From the NCBI GenBank assembly GCA_963735035.1, contig CAVTJJ010000004.1, forward strand, positions 480,001 through 544,000: DNA of 64,000 nt, written 5' to 3'. The stretch is from an uncultured candidate division Zixibacteria bacterium (lineage in GTDB: Bacteria; Zixibacteria; MSB-5A5; GN15; FEB-12). Position numbers and translations under genes: made by a program. The notes under the pieces were generated by a model, which worked only from the letters and a program-made list of their open reading frames with translations, searched no databases and had not been told where the DNA came from. Below, piece after piece: positions 21,054 to 31,653 of the stretch (position 1 is the stretch's first letter; every line of letters begins with the position of its first letter).

Positions 21054-21343
21054 GCAGAGCTGTCCGCTCGCAAGTCCACCACGGTCGCGCCACAGCCGCC
21101 GCCGGAACCGGACTCGTGACGGAACGATGCCACCGCCGGATGATCTTTCAACAAGCTGCGAACAATCTCCCGCTGTACGCCAATACCCTTGCCGTGAATG
21201 ATTCGTAGGGTGTATATGCGACGTTTCAAGCATTCTTCGATGTAGTCATTCACGACATCGCGGGTTTCGCTCGGAGTGAACTGGTGCAGATCGAGGGTGC
21301 CGTCGATCGGGTATTCGATTGGTTCGTCGTGTTCGTTTGTCAT
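21050..21343 (-). CDS. Smr/MutS2 domain protein
   Basis: LDLHQF, IIHGKG.G, GGCGATVV motifs. Confidence 0.9.
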   Translation of the reverse strand: MTNEHDEPIEYPIDGTLDLHQFTPSETRDVVNDYIEECLKRRIYTLRIIHGKGIGVQREIVRSLLKDHPAVASFRHESGSGGGCGATVVDLRADSSA

Positions 21344-21628
21344 ATTCAATCAGATCTGTGTCGGGTTGCTCGACGTGCGCTACACGCACGTCTCGTGAAC
21401 CCGACCTACGTTATTTCACCACATCTATACCGCCGTCAGGCAGAGACGCCTGACGGCACGTTCTGCACAAGTCGAGTGGCGTCAGGTCACACCTCGCCCG
21501 ACTCCGTCGGACTCGGCAGGACCTGACGCAACCTATAAGCCGCCGTCCGCGCTTGATTCGGGGCGGGTTCCGACGTATATATGTCTCTCGGGTACTAAGC
21601 TCGCAACCTGATCTACAGGAGTCAAGTC

Positions 21629-23449
21629 ATGTCATCTGCGCCTAAGATTCCCCCGGCGCCCCGGTGGGACCTCGAATCGATCTTCCCCGGTGGTTCAGCC
21701 TCGCCCCAATATAAAGCTTTCTGCGAGAAGATACGTCAGTCCCTGACCGATGCGGTCCAAAAGCTGGACAAGCTCCCCAAGACATTAACAGCTCAGACTT
21801 CACCGGACTGGCAGGCATTCATACTGCTCCTTCAGGACGTTATCGAGAATATCAAGCTCGCCAAATCGTTTGCCGGGATGCTCGGCGCGCAGAATGTCAA
21901 CGACGCCGGGGCGAATGCGGCCGAGTCGGTCGGCGACGAGCTCCAGTCCGAGTGGAACAAGCTCAAGACCGGGTTCGAGGCGATGGCGCTCAAGCAGACG
22001 GATGACGCCTGGGAGACACTTGTCACAGGCGAGAAGCTGAACCCGGTGCGGTTCTTCCTCGACGAAATACGTCACGAAGCCAAATCGAAAATGCCGGTGG
22101 AGCTCGAATCGCTGGCCCTTGATCTCGGTGTGAGTGGATACCAGGCGTGGAATCGAATCTACGACAAGCTGGCCGGGAACCTTCGCGCCGATTTTCCGGT
22201 CGACGGTCAGACCAAGCAGCTTTCCATGGGGCAATTGGCTACCAAGATGGCCGATCCGGATCGGAGCGTCCGCAAGCTGGCGTTCGAGAAATTGACCGAG
22301 TCGTGGTCATCGGTGGCCGATCTGGCCGCGATGATTCTCAACTCAATGGGCGGGTTCAGACTCTCACTCTACAAAGCGCGCCAATGGGATTCGGTACTGT
22401 TCGAACCGCTCCGTCAGTCGCGGATGTCGCGTGAGGCGCTCGATGCCATGTGGTCGGTCGTGGGGCGCGAGAGTCATCGCCTGCTGCCGTATCTCGAAGC
22501 CAAAATGGAACATCTGGGGATCGACAAGTTCACCTGGTACGATGAATTCGCACCGGTGGGCGCCTCCGAAAAGATGTACACGTTCGACGAGGCGATCCAG
22601 TTCATCGTCGCTAACACCCGCGCGTTTTCGCCCGAGCTGGCTGAGTTTGTTCGTTCGGCGGCGGAAAAGGGGTGGATCGAAGCCGAAGACCGCTCCGGCA
22701 AGCGGGCGGGCGCGTTCTGTTCCGGCACCGGGCCGAAACGCGAGACTCGCATCTTTATGACTTACGGGGGTAGCTATGAGAACCTTCTCACTCTTGCGCA
22801 CGAACTGGGTCACGGCTATCACAACGAAGTGTTGAAGTCGCGGCCGTTTTTCGCCACGATGTACCCCATGCCTCTGGCCGAGACGGCATCGATCTTCAAC
22901 GAACTTCTAGTAACCGACGCCGCCCTGGGGACGACCAACGATCGGGACGAGAAGATGATGTTTCTCGATCAGAAGCTGCAGAACGCATACGTTTTGATGT
23001 GTGACATATACTGTCGCTTCTTGTTCGACAACGCCTTCTACGCCGAGCGACGCAAGGGTGTGGTGAGCCGCACCCGTCTCGATGAACTGATGATCGAGGC
23101 GCAGAAACTGGCCTACGGCAAGCTGCTGGATGAGTCGGGGCATCATCCGTTGTTCTGGGCATCGAAGCTCCACTTCTTCCTCTCAGACAGGCCATACTAC
23201 AACTATCCGTACACGGTCGGATTCCTGTTCGCGACCGGTGTTTATGATCGGGCGCGAAAAGAGGGCGGGTCGTTTGCGAAGAAGTATATCGCTCTGCTCG
23301 AAGATACCGGCAGTATGACCACTGATGATGTCGCGCGCAAGCATCTCGGAGTCGATCTGAAGACTGAAGATTTCTGGCAGGCGGCGGTTGATCGGGCTCT
23401 GGCAGACGTCACCGAGTTCGTGAAGTTGACCGGTTCGTCAGGCCGGTAG
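21629..23449 (+). CDS. pepF: M3B oligoendopeptidase F
   Basis: RWDL, GKRAGAFC, TLAHELGHGYH, AETAS, YNYPY motifs. Confidence 0.92.
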   Translation: MSSAPKIPPAPRWDLESIFPGGSASPQYKAFCEKIRQSLTDAVQKLDKLPKTLTAQTSPDWQAFILLLQDVIENIKLAKSFAGMLGAQNVNDAGANAAESVGDELQSEWNKLKTGFEAMALKQTDDAWETLVTGEKLNPVRFFLDEIRHEAKSKMPVELESLALDLGVSGYQAWNRIYDKLAGNLRADFPVDGQTKQLSMGQLATKMADPDRSVRKLAFEKLTESWSSVADLAAMILNSMGGFRLSLYKARQWDSVLFEPLRQSRMSREALDAMWSVVGRESHRLLPYLEAKMEHLGIDKFTWYDEFAPVGASEKMYTFDEAIQFIVANTRAFSPELAEFVRSAAEKGWIEAEDRSGKRAGAFCSGTGPKRETRIFMTYGGSYENLLTLAHELGHGYHNEVLKSRPFFATMYPMPLAETASIFNELLVTDAALGTTNDRDEKMMFLDQKLQNAYVLMCDIYCRFLFDNAFYAERRKGVVSRTRLDELMIEAQKLAYGKLLDESGHHPLFWASKLHFFLSDRPYYNYPYTVGFLFATGVYDRARKEGGSFAKKYIALLEDTGSMTTDDVARKHLGVDLKTEDFWQAAVDRALADVTEFVKLTGSSGR

Positions 23450-23682
23450 GCGATGCTCCTCTAAGTCACGGCGCAGAATCTACTTCTGTGGGCCGGTGTG
23501 CCCGACGGGCCATTGGCCCAATTCATCTGCAACATCTCCAATCCATCCTCTGTCTATTAACCAGACCGAGGGGCTTCTGGCCCCATGGTCCGAGCCTTTG
23601 AAACCCTTTGGGTTACGACTCGTAAGTGTACTCAAAGGCATCGCGGTTGGACGCTCGAATATCCGTTCAGGAGTAGATTAGC

Positions 23683-24780
23683 ATGTTCAAGAAAATTGCG
23701 ATTGGTGTCGTCGTGCTCGGAGTCACCGCCACGGCGATATTCTTCTTTGTCAGCGACGGCTCCGCCAGCCGCGACCAGGGACCCAAGACGGTCGCCGTTA
23801 TCAAAGGCGAGATCGTCGACAAGGCGCTGGCGGTCGGTATGATCGAGCCGCGCAAACAGGTCTCAGTCAAGTCCAAGATCGCCGGGTTGGTCCGTCGCGC
23901 CTATGTTGACGTCGGCGATGTCGTCAAAGCCGGCGATCCGCTCTTCGACATCGCGCCCGACCCTACGCCGGTCGAGTTCGCCGAGGCCAAGCGCCAGCTC
24001 GAACTGGCAGAAGTTACATTCGCCAATGTCCAGCGCGAGTATGAACGAAGTCGCTCTCTCCTTGATAAGCAGTTGATCTCGACCGAGGAATTCGAGTCGA
24101 AGCAGGCCCAATTCGAGGAATCCGAACTTCGCGCCAAGCTCGCCCGTGAGAAACTAGCGTTGATCGAATCCGGTCGCACCAATGTGGCCGACCGTGAAGT
24201 AGACAACATTATCAAATCACCTATCGCAGGTATGGTACTGACGAGAATGGTCGAAGAAGGTGACCCGATTGTGCCGCTGACCAGTTATCAGTCCGGTACC
24301 GAGCTGATGACCCTCGCGCACATGGAAGACCTGATCTTCAAGGGGAATGTCGACGAGATCGATGTCGGCAAGCTGCATGTCGGTATGGAAGTTGAGCTCG
24401 AAATAGGCGCTTTGCCGGGCACCAAGGTTATGGGCAAGCTCGCGCGGGTTTCACCGAAGGCTCACCGTGAAGAGGGCGCCACCCTGTTCGAAGTCGAAGT
24501 CGAAATCACTCAGTCCGAAGGGACCTTTCTGCGAGCTGGTTATAGCGCCAACGCCAGCGTCATGATTACCAAGAAGACCGGCATTCTGCTCGCCCCCGAA
24601 CGACTGATTACCATGCTGGATTCGTCCGCCTCGTGCGAAGTAATGGACAGTGTCGGTGCTATTGCCAAACGTGATGTGAAAACAGGGCTGTCCGATGGCG
24701 TGAATATCGAAATCCTCAGCGGCGTCAACGAGGGTGAGTTGCTGGTGGAACGCCCGCCTAAGGAAATCACCGGGAAGTAA
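23683..24780 (+). CDS. Efflux periplasmic adaptor (MacA-like)
   Basis: N-terminal TM, lipoyl halves (GDVVKAGD, IKSPIAG), VDEIDVGK, TGLSDG. Confidence 0.9.
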   Translation: MFKKIAIGVVVLGVTATAIFFFVSDGSASRDQGPKTVAVIKGEIVDKALAVGMIEPRKQVSVKSKIAGLVRRAYVDVGDVVKAGDPLFDIAPDPTPVEFAEAKRQLELAEVTFANVQREYERSRSLLDKQLISTEEFESKQAQFEESELRAKLAREKLALIESGRTNVADREVDNIIKSPIAGMVLTRMVEEGDPIVPLTSYQSGTELMTLAHMEDLIFKGNVDEIDVGKLHVGMEVELEIGALPGTKVMGKLARVSPKAHREEGATLFEVEVEITQSEGTFLRAGYSANASVMITKKTGILLAPERLITMLDSSASCEVMDSVGAIAKRDVKTGLSDGVNIEILSGVNEGELLVERPPKEITGK

Positions 24781-24805
24781 CAACCGACACCTGACGTGTG
24801 ACACC

Positions 24806-26041
24806 ATGAATATTCTCCTGTCATTGAAGCAATTCATGTCGGACCTGCGACGGCAGAAGCTTCGCACGGTCATGACCATGTTCGGCATCTTCTGGGGCAC
24901 CTGCTCGATCGTGCTGCTGTTTGCCTTCGGCAAGGGGATTACCGAACAGCAACTGAAGTCACAGAAGGGGCTGGGGGAGAATATTGTCATCATTTGGCCG
25001 GGGATCACATCGAAAGAATTTGCCGGTCTCCCCAAAGGTCGACGCGTTCAGCCGAACGAGGACGATGTCATATACATCAAAGAGAGAGCGAAAACGATCG
25101 AGCGGATATCACCTGAGAACGGCCGTAATATAACAATCAAGTACGGCAAGCAGAACACGCAGCGTCAGGTGGTCGGTGTGTGGCCGGAATTCGGCGAGAT
25201 GCGCAACCTGGTGCCGAACTATGGTTCGCGCTTTATCAACGACCGGGACATTCAGGATCGCCGTCGAGTGATATTTCTTGGCGACGAACTGGCCAAGGAC
25301 TTGTTCGGTGACAGCGCCGCCGCAGTTGGCCAGGAGATTCTCCTGAACGGCATGCCGTTCAAAGTAGTGGGTGTCCTAAAGACCAAGGAGCAGGACAGCT
25401 CGTACCGGGGACGAGATAACCGCATGGCTTACATCCCGCACAGCACCTATCAGGCGATGTTCTCCGAGCGGTACTGCGATGATTTCGTGGCGCAATGCTA
25501 TCCCCAGTTTACCGGGGCCATCGCCCAAAAAGAGATCTACACTCTGCTGGGGCAGAAATACAAATTCGATCCTTCCGATGTCGGTGCCTTGAGTGTCTGG
25601 GACACTACCGAGAGTTTCGCTTTTCTAAAGAATTTCTTCTATGCCTTCTCGGCTTTCCTGGTCGGGATAGGCGTGGCCACGCTCATAACGGGCGGTATCG
25701 GCGTTACCAATATCATGAATGCTGTGCTCGAGGAACGCACGAAGGAAATCGGGATCAAGATGGCTCTCGGTGCGCGCAAGTCGACGATTCTCTCGCAGTT
25801 CATCTTCGAGACACTGGTCATTACGGCGGTAGGCGGGATACTCGGATTCTTGTTCGCTTTCAGCATCGTGAAAATCGTGCCGCTGTTTGGCGGCGAAGTG
25901 TACATCGGCATTCCCCAAATAGACACGCTTGGTAGTGTGTCGGTAATAGCTGTTCTCGGGATGGTCGGCCTGGTGGCGGGAATTTTTCCCGCTCGGCGCG
26001 CCGCGAATCTGCAACCGGTCCAGGCCCTGAAGCTTTTCTGA
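24806..26041 (+). CDS. ABC transporter permease (MacB/FtsX-like)
   Basis: GIFWG, GGIGVTNIM, ERTKEIGIKMALGAR, PARRAA motifs. Confidence 0.92.
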   Translation: MNILLSLKQFMSDLRRQKLRTVMTMFGIFWGTCSIVLLFAFGKGITEQQLKSQKGLGENIVIIWPGITSKEFAGLPKGRRVQPNEDDVIYIKERAKTIERISPENGRNITIKYGKQNTQRQVVGVWPEFGEMRNLVPNYGSRFINDRDIQDRRRVIFLGDELAKDLFGDSAAAVGQEILLNGMPFKVVGVLKTKEQDSSYRGRDNRMAYIPHSTYQAMFSERYCDDFVAQCYPQFTGAIAQKEIYTLLGQKYKFDPSDVGALSVWDTTESFAFLKNFFYAFSAFLVGIGVATLITGGIGVTNIMNAVLEERTKEIGIKMALGARKSTILSQFIFETLVITAVGGILGFLFAFSIVKIVPLFGGEVYIGIPQIDTLGSVSVIAVLGMVGLVAGIFPARRAANLQPVQALKLF

Positions 26042-26048
26042 TACAGAT

Positions 26049-27296
26049 ATGAATATTGGCACTCTTTACAACGTTTTCATCCGCGATTTCCGGAAACAGA
26101 AGAAGCGGATCACCCTCACGCTCATAGCGCTCGGCTGGGGCACCGTGTCGATCATGGTCATGCTCGCGTTTGGCGAGGGTCTGCAGCGCCAACTCGTCAC
26201 CAACAAAAAAGGGATGGGCGATGGGATCTGCGTCCTCTGGGGTGGGCAGACGTCGATTCCTTTCAAGGGTCTTGGCAAGGGACGTCCGATCCGGTTCACG
26301 CCCGAAGACGTTGACTACATCAAGACTCGAATTCCGGCTATCGCGGAGATAAGCGGTGAATTCCACCGCTGGGGCGCCGATGTTCAGGCCGACGGCAACG
26401 TCGTCAGCGCCCATGTGACCGGTGTCGGTCCCGAGTTCGAGGATATGCGGAATCATATCCCCGATTGGGGCGGGCGGATGATCGACGCTATCGATATGAA
26501 TGAGCGGCGGCGGGTCGCCTTCATCGGCGACGGGACCAAGAAGCAGTTGTTTGGCGACAAGGAGGCGGTCGGGCAGCGGATCACGATCGATGGCACGCCA
26601 TTTCTGGTGGTCGGTGTGATGAAGCACAAGATGGAGATGAGCAGCTATAGCGGACAGGACTTTGACAAGATTTCCATCCCGTTGACGACATTTGAAGCCA
26701 TCTACGGCAACCGGTATCTCGGAAACATCGTCTACCGGGCCCGTGACATCACCAGGACTTCTGATGTCGAGAGGCAATTGTTTGAAGTGCTTGGGGCCAA
26801 GTACCGGTTCGATTCGAAGGATGATCGCGCGCTGAGCGTGTGGGATTTCGTCAAGGACACGCAGGAATTGAACAACGTGCTACTAGGTATAAAGATATTC
26901 CTAGGCATTATCGGCGGACTCACGCTCATAATTGCGGGTGTGGGCGTGGCCAATATCATGTATGTATCAATCAAAGAGCGCACGCGGGAGATCGGCATCA
27001 AGATGGCAGTCGGGGCGCGCCGAAGCTACATCCTCGCACAGTTTCTCGTCGAAGCGCTGATCATTACTTTCGGGGGCGGCATCGGCGGTATGCTGGTGAG
27101 TTATGTTCTCACCAAGGGGTTCGAACGGTTGCCGATCGAATCCGATATGCTGTCATTCATGGGACGTCCGACTCTGTCGCCGGAGATAGGTATAGCCGTG
27201 ACTATCATTCTCGGCCTGGTCGGCATTGTGTCCGGTCTTTTTCCTGCCATGCGGGCCGCCTCGCTGAGTCCGGTTGAATCATTGCGATACGAATAG
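26049..27296 (+). CDS. ABC transporter permease (MacB/FtsX-like)
   Basis: GVGVANIM, ERTREIGIKMAVGAR, PVESLRYE motifs. Confidence 0.92.
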   Translation: MNIGTLYNVFIRDFRKQKKRITLTLIALGWGTVSIMVMLAFGEGLQRQLVTNKKGMGDGICVLWGGQTSIPFKGLGKGRPIRFTPEDVDYIKTRIPAIAEISGEFHRWGADVQADGNVVSAHVTGVGPEFEDMRNHIPDWGGRMIDAIDMNERRRVAFIGDGTKKQLFGDKEAVGQRITIDGTPFLVVGVMKHKMEMSSYSGQDFDKISIPLTTFEAIYGNRYLGNIVYRARDITRTSDVERQLFEVLGAKYRFDSKDDRALSVWDFVKDTQELNNVLLGIKIFLGIIGGLTLIIAGVGVANIMYVSIKERTREIGIKMAVGARRSYILAQFLVEALIITFGGGIGGMLVSYVLTKGFERLPIESDMLSFMGRPTLSPEIGIAVTIILGLVGIVSGLFPAMRAASLSPVESLRYE

Positions 27297-27306
27297 GAAG
27301 ACGCGT

Positions 27307-27996
27307 ATGGGGCAGAATATCATATACATGAAGCAGCTCAGGAAGACCTACACTACCGGCGCAGTGACGTTCGACGCTCTCAAGGGCGTGGACGTCCGGG
27401 TGGATCGCGGCGAATTCATCGCTGTGGTGGGGCCGTCCGGTTCGGGCAAATCGACTCTGATGAATGTCATGGGATGTCTCGACGTCCCCTCCAGTGGCGT
27501 CTACAAGCTGGAGGATCGGGTCGTGAATACACTCTCGTCGAACGATCTGGCCGATATTCGCAATAAGAAGATCGGCTTCGTCTTTCAGGCGTTCAATCTG
27601 CTTCCGTATGCGACTGCCGCCGAGAATGTCGAAGTCCCTCTCCTGTTTGCGCACATCAACGGCAAGAACCGGCGCGCGCGGGTGGGTGAACTGCTCTCGC
27701 GGGTGGGACTGGCCGACAAAGCCAACAACCGTCCGACCGAAATGTCCGGCGGCGAGATGCAGCGGGTGGCGATCGCCCGCGCACTCGCCAACGAGCCGGA
27801 TATTATCCTCGCCGATGAACCCACCGGCAACCTCGACACGAAATCCGGCTCAGCGATTGTGGAGATGTTCAAGGAATTGTGGCAGGCCGGCAAGACGATT
27901 GTGATCATCACACACGACATGTCGGTGGCCCACCAGGCCGAGCGAATCATCCGCCTCAAAGACGGTCTGATCGACACGAACGGGGACTCGACTTAG
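27307..27996 (+). CDS. ABC transporter ATP-binding protein
   Basis: GPSGSGKS Walker A, SGGEMQR signature, ILADEPTGNLD. Confidence 0.95.
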   Translation: MGQNIIYMKQLRKTYTTGAVTFDALKGVDVRVDRGEFIAVVGPSGSGKSTLMNVMGCLDVPSSGVYKLEDRVVNTLSSNDLADIRNKKIGFVFQAFNLLPYATAAENVEVPLLFAHINGKNRRARVGELLSRVGLADKANNRPTEMSGGEMQRVAIARALANEPDIILADEPTGNLDTKSGSAIVEMFKELWQAGKTIVIITHDMSVAHQAERIIRLKDGLIDTNGDST

Positions 27997-28051
27997 AAGT
28001 CCGTCCTGCGCCGGATCCCGGTGCGATCTTCATTCCCAATTACCATTCTCA

Positions 28052-28080
28052 TTGACACAGACAATCAGTTCGCCTATCTT
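28052..28080 (+). promoter_or_regulatory. Sigma70-type promoter TTGACA-N17-TATCTT
   Basis: Direct sequence match upstream of the RBS AGGAG and ATG 28125. Confidence 0.55.
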
Positions 28081-28124
28081 GTGGTCATTGCGACTATTTC
28101 ATAGGATAGATACAGGAGAAAAGC

Positions 28125-28869
28125 ATGAGAAACTTTGGCGCCGGCTGCGTTGTAATGTGTCTGCGCCGGATTCCGGTGCGATCTTCATCATTAATTCTCA
28201 TTGACCAGACATCGGATGGTAGCACATTAGGTAGTCAGAGAAGTGAGTTTGCGCTGCTGCGTTGTAATGTTGCTTCGGGTGCGGACCTAAGATCTACACG
28301 AGCCCTGACTTTGAACCAGATTGAACCACAAAACTGTTGCGATCCTTCCGTTTGAAGTCATCATGGATCCGAACAAACTGCCCAAAGACTATACTCTCGA
28401 GATGAAGCGGGACGCCGAAAATGCTGAGGCGTACAATTTCCAGCAGGAGCTCTACTTCCAGTTTCTCAAGAGGCAGGAAAAGGGCGAGTATACGGTTGAA
28501 TTTCAGGATGTAGACAAAACCAAGGCTCTTCTAAGCAAAGCTACGATTACAAACCGTGACTTGAGTAGATATACCAAAGAAGAATTACAGGCCATCCTCG
28601 GTGTGGATGCCCTGGTTTCCGGCACCATTCACCGCTCAAAGCCGATGTCGACCGGAACGGCGGTTGTATTGGGGGTGCTGTTTGGAGCTTGGGGCAATAC
28701 CAACGAAGTGAATGTCAGCATGAATATTCACGATGGGGCCTCAGGAGATCTGCTCTGGAAATACGATCACAAGGCATCAGGAAGCGTAGGCAGCTCGTCC
28801 GAGGGATTGGCGCAATCTCTTATGAAGAACATCTCAAAGAAGTTTCCTTATAAGAAGCCAGAGGCCTGA
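28125..28869 (+). pseudogene. Probable lipoprotein with disrupted/duplicated 5' end; intact C-terminal frame 28321-28869
   Basis: HKTVAILPF...LGVDALVSG...LWKYDH body; out-of-frame GCGPKIYTSPDFE lipoprotein-like segment at about 28277-28315. Confidence 0.55.
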
Positions 28870-28914
28870 GTAAGAAGTTCTCGGCGTCGGAAATCTTGAC
28901 AACTTTGTCCGATT

Positions 28915-29662
28915 ATGGCATTGTTAGTCATGGAGCGGCAAGTAAGGGCTGGATTGACTTCAGAACATCTTTGGCCATGTTTGTGGCTGAGGTGTCTGGC
29001 GGTAGTGGCACTGTCGCTATTTGCCACGTCGGGCGTCCTGGCTGGCGAAGTTACTGGCGACGTGGCCGGTGGCCAAACCGGGATAGTTGCTCAGAGCGAT
29101 CTATCGGATGACAGTGTAGGTTCCGAGGTCGCTTATAAGCCCGGAGCTCAAGACTGGCCGGACGTCGGCATTCGCCTTGGATCAAGCTTTGGTTTCTTAT
29201 CGGGTGGTTGGTTAAGCCCCAATGAAACGAGTTTCAGTCTCGACCTGGGACTCATTATTCCTGATCGGGCACCGCTTTGCAGTGCGTTCTAACGCCCACG
29301 GGACGTCGATGAAGTATCACCCGGCAGATCCTGGTAGCCCTCCGTCAGAGTTGCCGCGAAGCGGATCTGTCGATATGTGGCGATGGATGGTAGGTATCGC
29401 GGGGTACGGCAACTCAGATTGGTATCGAAAAGGATCCTGGACACCTTACGCCTACCTGGGGGCCGGTGTCGCGAAGCGTTCGGTCAGGAAGTTTGCGGCG
29501 GAATTTGGCAGTGGGAGTTTGGTTATGATAGGTGAAGGTATTGGCCTCGACGTAGGCGCCGAACTGACCTGCGTGTTGAACGGTTTCGGAGAGAAGTACA
29601 AGGGTCGCGAACTGGCCAGCATCCTGGATATCAACGTCGCACTTGTGTTTAGAGCTCGATGA
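28915..29662 (+). pseudogene. Secreted/outer-membrane beta-barrel-like protein split by a frameshift near 29258
   Basis: Signal peptide in 28915-29292; alternating beta strands (PYAYLGAGV, LDINVALVF) in 29222-29662. Confidence 0.5.
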
Positions 29663-29715
29663 AGACAACCGCTTGAGGTCGCTCCGGTAGATACCTTCAG
29701 AAAGGCCGACTGCGC

Positions 29716-30222
29716 ATGCTCTGGGTCAACCGCAAATTCGAATTCATCCTCCCGGTCGAGATGTTTCCCAATGTCCTCGAGCGGCTGCGCGGTACTCCGG
29801 CGCGCCTCGAAGAAAAGACTACCGGGCTCACTATCGAGATTCTGATTCGCAGACCCGACGGCAAATGGTCGATCCAGGAACAGGTTGGCCATCTGGGTGA
29901 CGTGGAAGAACTCTGGCACGGCCGGATCGATGACTATGAAGCCGGTCTCAAAGAACTCCGCCCGGCCGATATCACCAATCGCGTTACCAGCCACAAAGAC
30001 CACAACTCCGACCGTCTTGAACATCTGCTCCAGGTTTTTCGAAACGAGCGATTGCGACTGGTAAGCCGGTTCGAGCAGCTTGGAGTTGCCCGGGCCGGAA
30101 ACTCCGCCAACCACCCCCGGCTGAACCAGCCGATGCGTGTGATCGACCTCGCTTTCTTCATTGCCGAGCACGATGACCACCACCTGGTGTCGATCCAAAG
30201 TCTGCTGACTGGCCGGTCTTGA
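29716..30222 (+). CDS. DinB/YfiT family protein
   Basis: WSIQEQVGHL.D.E and HDDHHL metal-binding motifs. Confidence 0.9.
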   Translation: MLWVNRKFEFILPVEMFPNVLERLRGTPARLEEKTTGLTIEILIRRPDGKWSIQEQVGHLGDVEELWHGRIDDYEAGLKELRPADITNRVTSHKDHNSDRLEHLLQVFRNERLRLVSRFEQLGVARAGNSANHPRLNQPMRVIDLAFFIAEHDDHHLVSIQSLLTGRS

Positions 30223-30434
30223 CCGCCGGTGGGTGACTCTGGCTGCGGCAAATTCCTGAAACCAACGTGGAGTTCTTTGGTCTTTCGCCAATTGCTCATA
30301 TATGATAGAGGAACGCAACCCATGTTGTGGCGATTACGCAGGAAGTTGCAGGAGAATGCACAAAGTCTGAACAGGTTAGCAGCGGAACGCCCTTTATGAT
30401 CGTCTAACTCGTTACAGGTCAATGTGCTAGATAT

Positions 30435-30449
30435 TGGCATCGATCTTGC
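30435..30449 (+). promoter_or_regulatory. Sigma54 (-24/-12) promoter
   Basis: TGGCAT-CGATC-TTGC matches TGGCAC-N5-TTGC, about 50 nt upstream of the PEP-CTERM gene. Confidence 0.75.
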
Positions 30450-30499
30450 CTACTAATCCGGCAGGAAAGTATACCCTTAGGCGAAATAGGATACCAAAA

Positions 30500-31105
30500 G
30501 TGACCAGAACCAAACTTCTCCTCCTCGCGGCTTTGATTACGTTGGCTTTCGTGCCCACGACTCAGGCCGTACCGTTGATGACCGAGACGATTCAGCAGAA
30601 TTATCATTTCGGTATTGACGGTCATACTTACATGTATGCCTCGATCGTCGATTTCTACCAGAGACGACCGGACACCTACGACGGTGGAGTCTGGATCGGC
30701 ACAGGCCAGGGCATGGAGTCCGAACTCTCCTGGAGCCATACCCTTCCTCCGGGTCTGCACGTTCCGCCGGATTTGGTTTCCAAGGCCAAGCTCAAAATCG
30801 ACGGTGAATATGTCGACACGCGCGACAACCGGATCGAAATTCAGGGCACTTGGGATTGGGATCCGCTCGAGCACCAGTGGCAGGATAACAGCATCTACAA
30901 CCTGGCCAATGTGGACCAGGCTGGATTCTGGAACGGTGGTTCCCTCGCTGTTAACATCTTTGCCGGTGAAAACGACCTTCGGATCGACGAAGCTGTCCTC
31001 ATGATGGATTACGCTTACGCCGTGCCGGAGCCGGCTGGATTCTTCCTGCTGGGTATCGGACTGGTTGGCGGCCTGGTATACCGCCGCGTCCGCAGTGTCG
31101 CCTAA
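30500..31105 (+). CDS. PEP-CTERM sorting-domain protein
   Basis: Signal peptide; C-terminal VPEP + TM helix + RRVR; GTG start at 30500. Confidence 0.9.
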   Translation: MTRTKLLLLAALITLAFVPTTQAVPLMTETIQQNYHFGIDGHTYMYASIVDFYQRRPDTYDGGVWIGTGQGMESELSWSHTLPPGLHVPPDLVSKAKLKIDGEYVDTRDNRIEIQGTWDWDPLEHQWQDNSIYNLANVDQAGFWNGGSLAVNIFAGENDLRIDEAVLMMDYAYAVPEPAGFFLLGIGLVGGLVYRRVRSVA

Positions 31106-31126
31106 GTACTTTCTCAGAGAAATTTC

Positions 31127-31159
31127 AAGCGGTCGGCCTTCGGGTCGACCGCTTTTTTT
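31127..31159 (+). terminator. Intrinsic terminator
   Basis: AAGCGGTCGGCC-TTCG-GGTCGACCGC followed by a T run. Confidence 0.85.
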
Positions 31160-31207
31160 GTGCCTATCAGACGAGCTTTGTAGCTCAGGGTGCTTGCCAT
31201 CCAGACA

Positions 31208-31622
31208 GCGGCCGTAAGGCCGTCACCCCCGAGAAGTCGGGGGCCCAGTCAAGATCGCTATGTAGAGATGGTAGATATCAGGAAAGATGCTCGAAACAAG
31301 TCTCTTATTGAACACTCGCTCCCGTGAACATCCGTCTTGATTGGGTTCCTGCCTTCGCAGGAATGACAGGACTCGCGTCCTGTTTCAGAGCCGACCGACC
31401 CACAGCAAGCTGTGGGGTACCCAGCCGGCGGCCGTAAGGCCGTCACCCCCGAGGCGTCGGGGGCCCAGTCAAGATCGCTACGTAGAGATGGTAAATATCA
31501 GGAAAGATGCTCGAAACAATTCTCTAATTGAACACTCGCTCCCGTGAACATCCGTCTTGACTGGGTTCCTGCCTTCGCAGGAATGACAGGACTTGTGTCC
31601 TGTTTCAGAGTAGACCAACCCG
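31208..31622. repeat. Tandem pair of ~220-bp palindromic (MITE/NIME-like) units
   Basis: Copies start at 31208 and 31428; near-identical. Confidence 0.85.
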
Positions 31623-31653
31623 CCGCATACCTGCCGCAACAAGATTCAAGTAC

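Noticed and set aside
29240..29292. Programmed frameshift joining 28915-29292 and 29222-29662
   Set aside because: No slippery sequence or stimulatory structure seen; a single-base indel error or mutation is simpler
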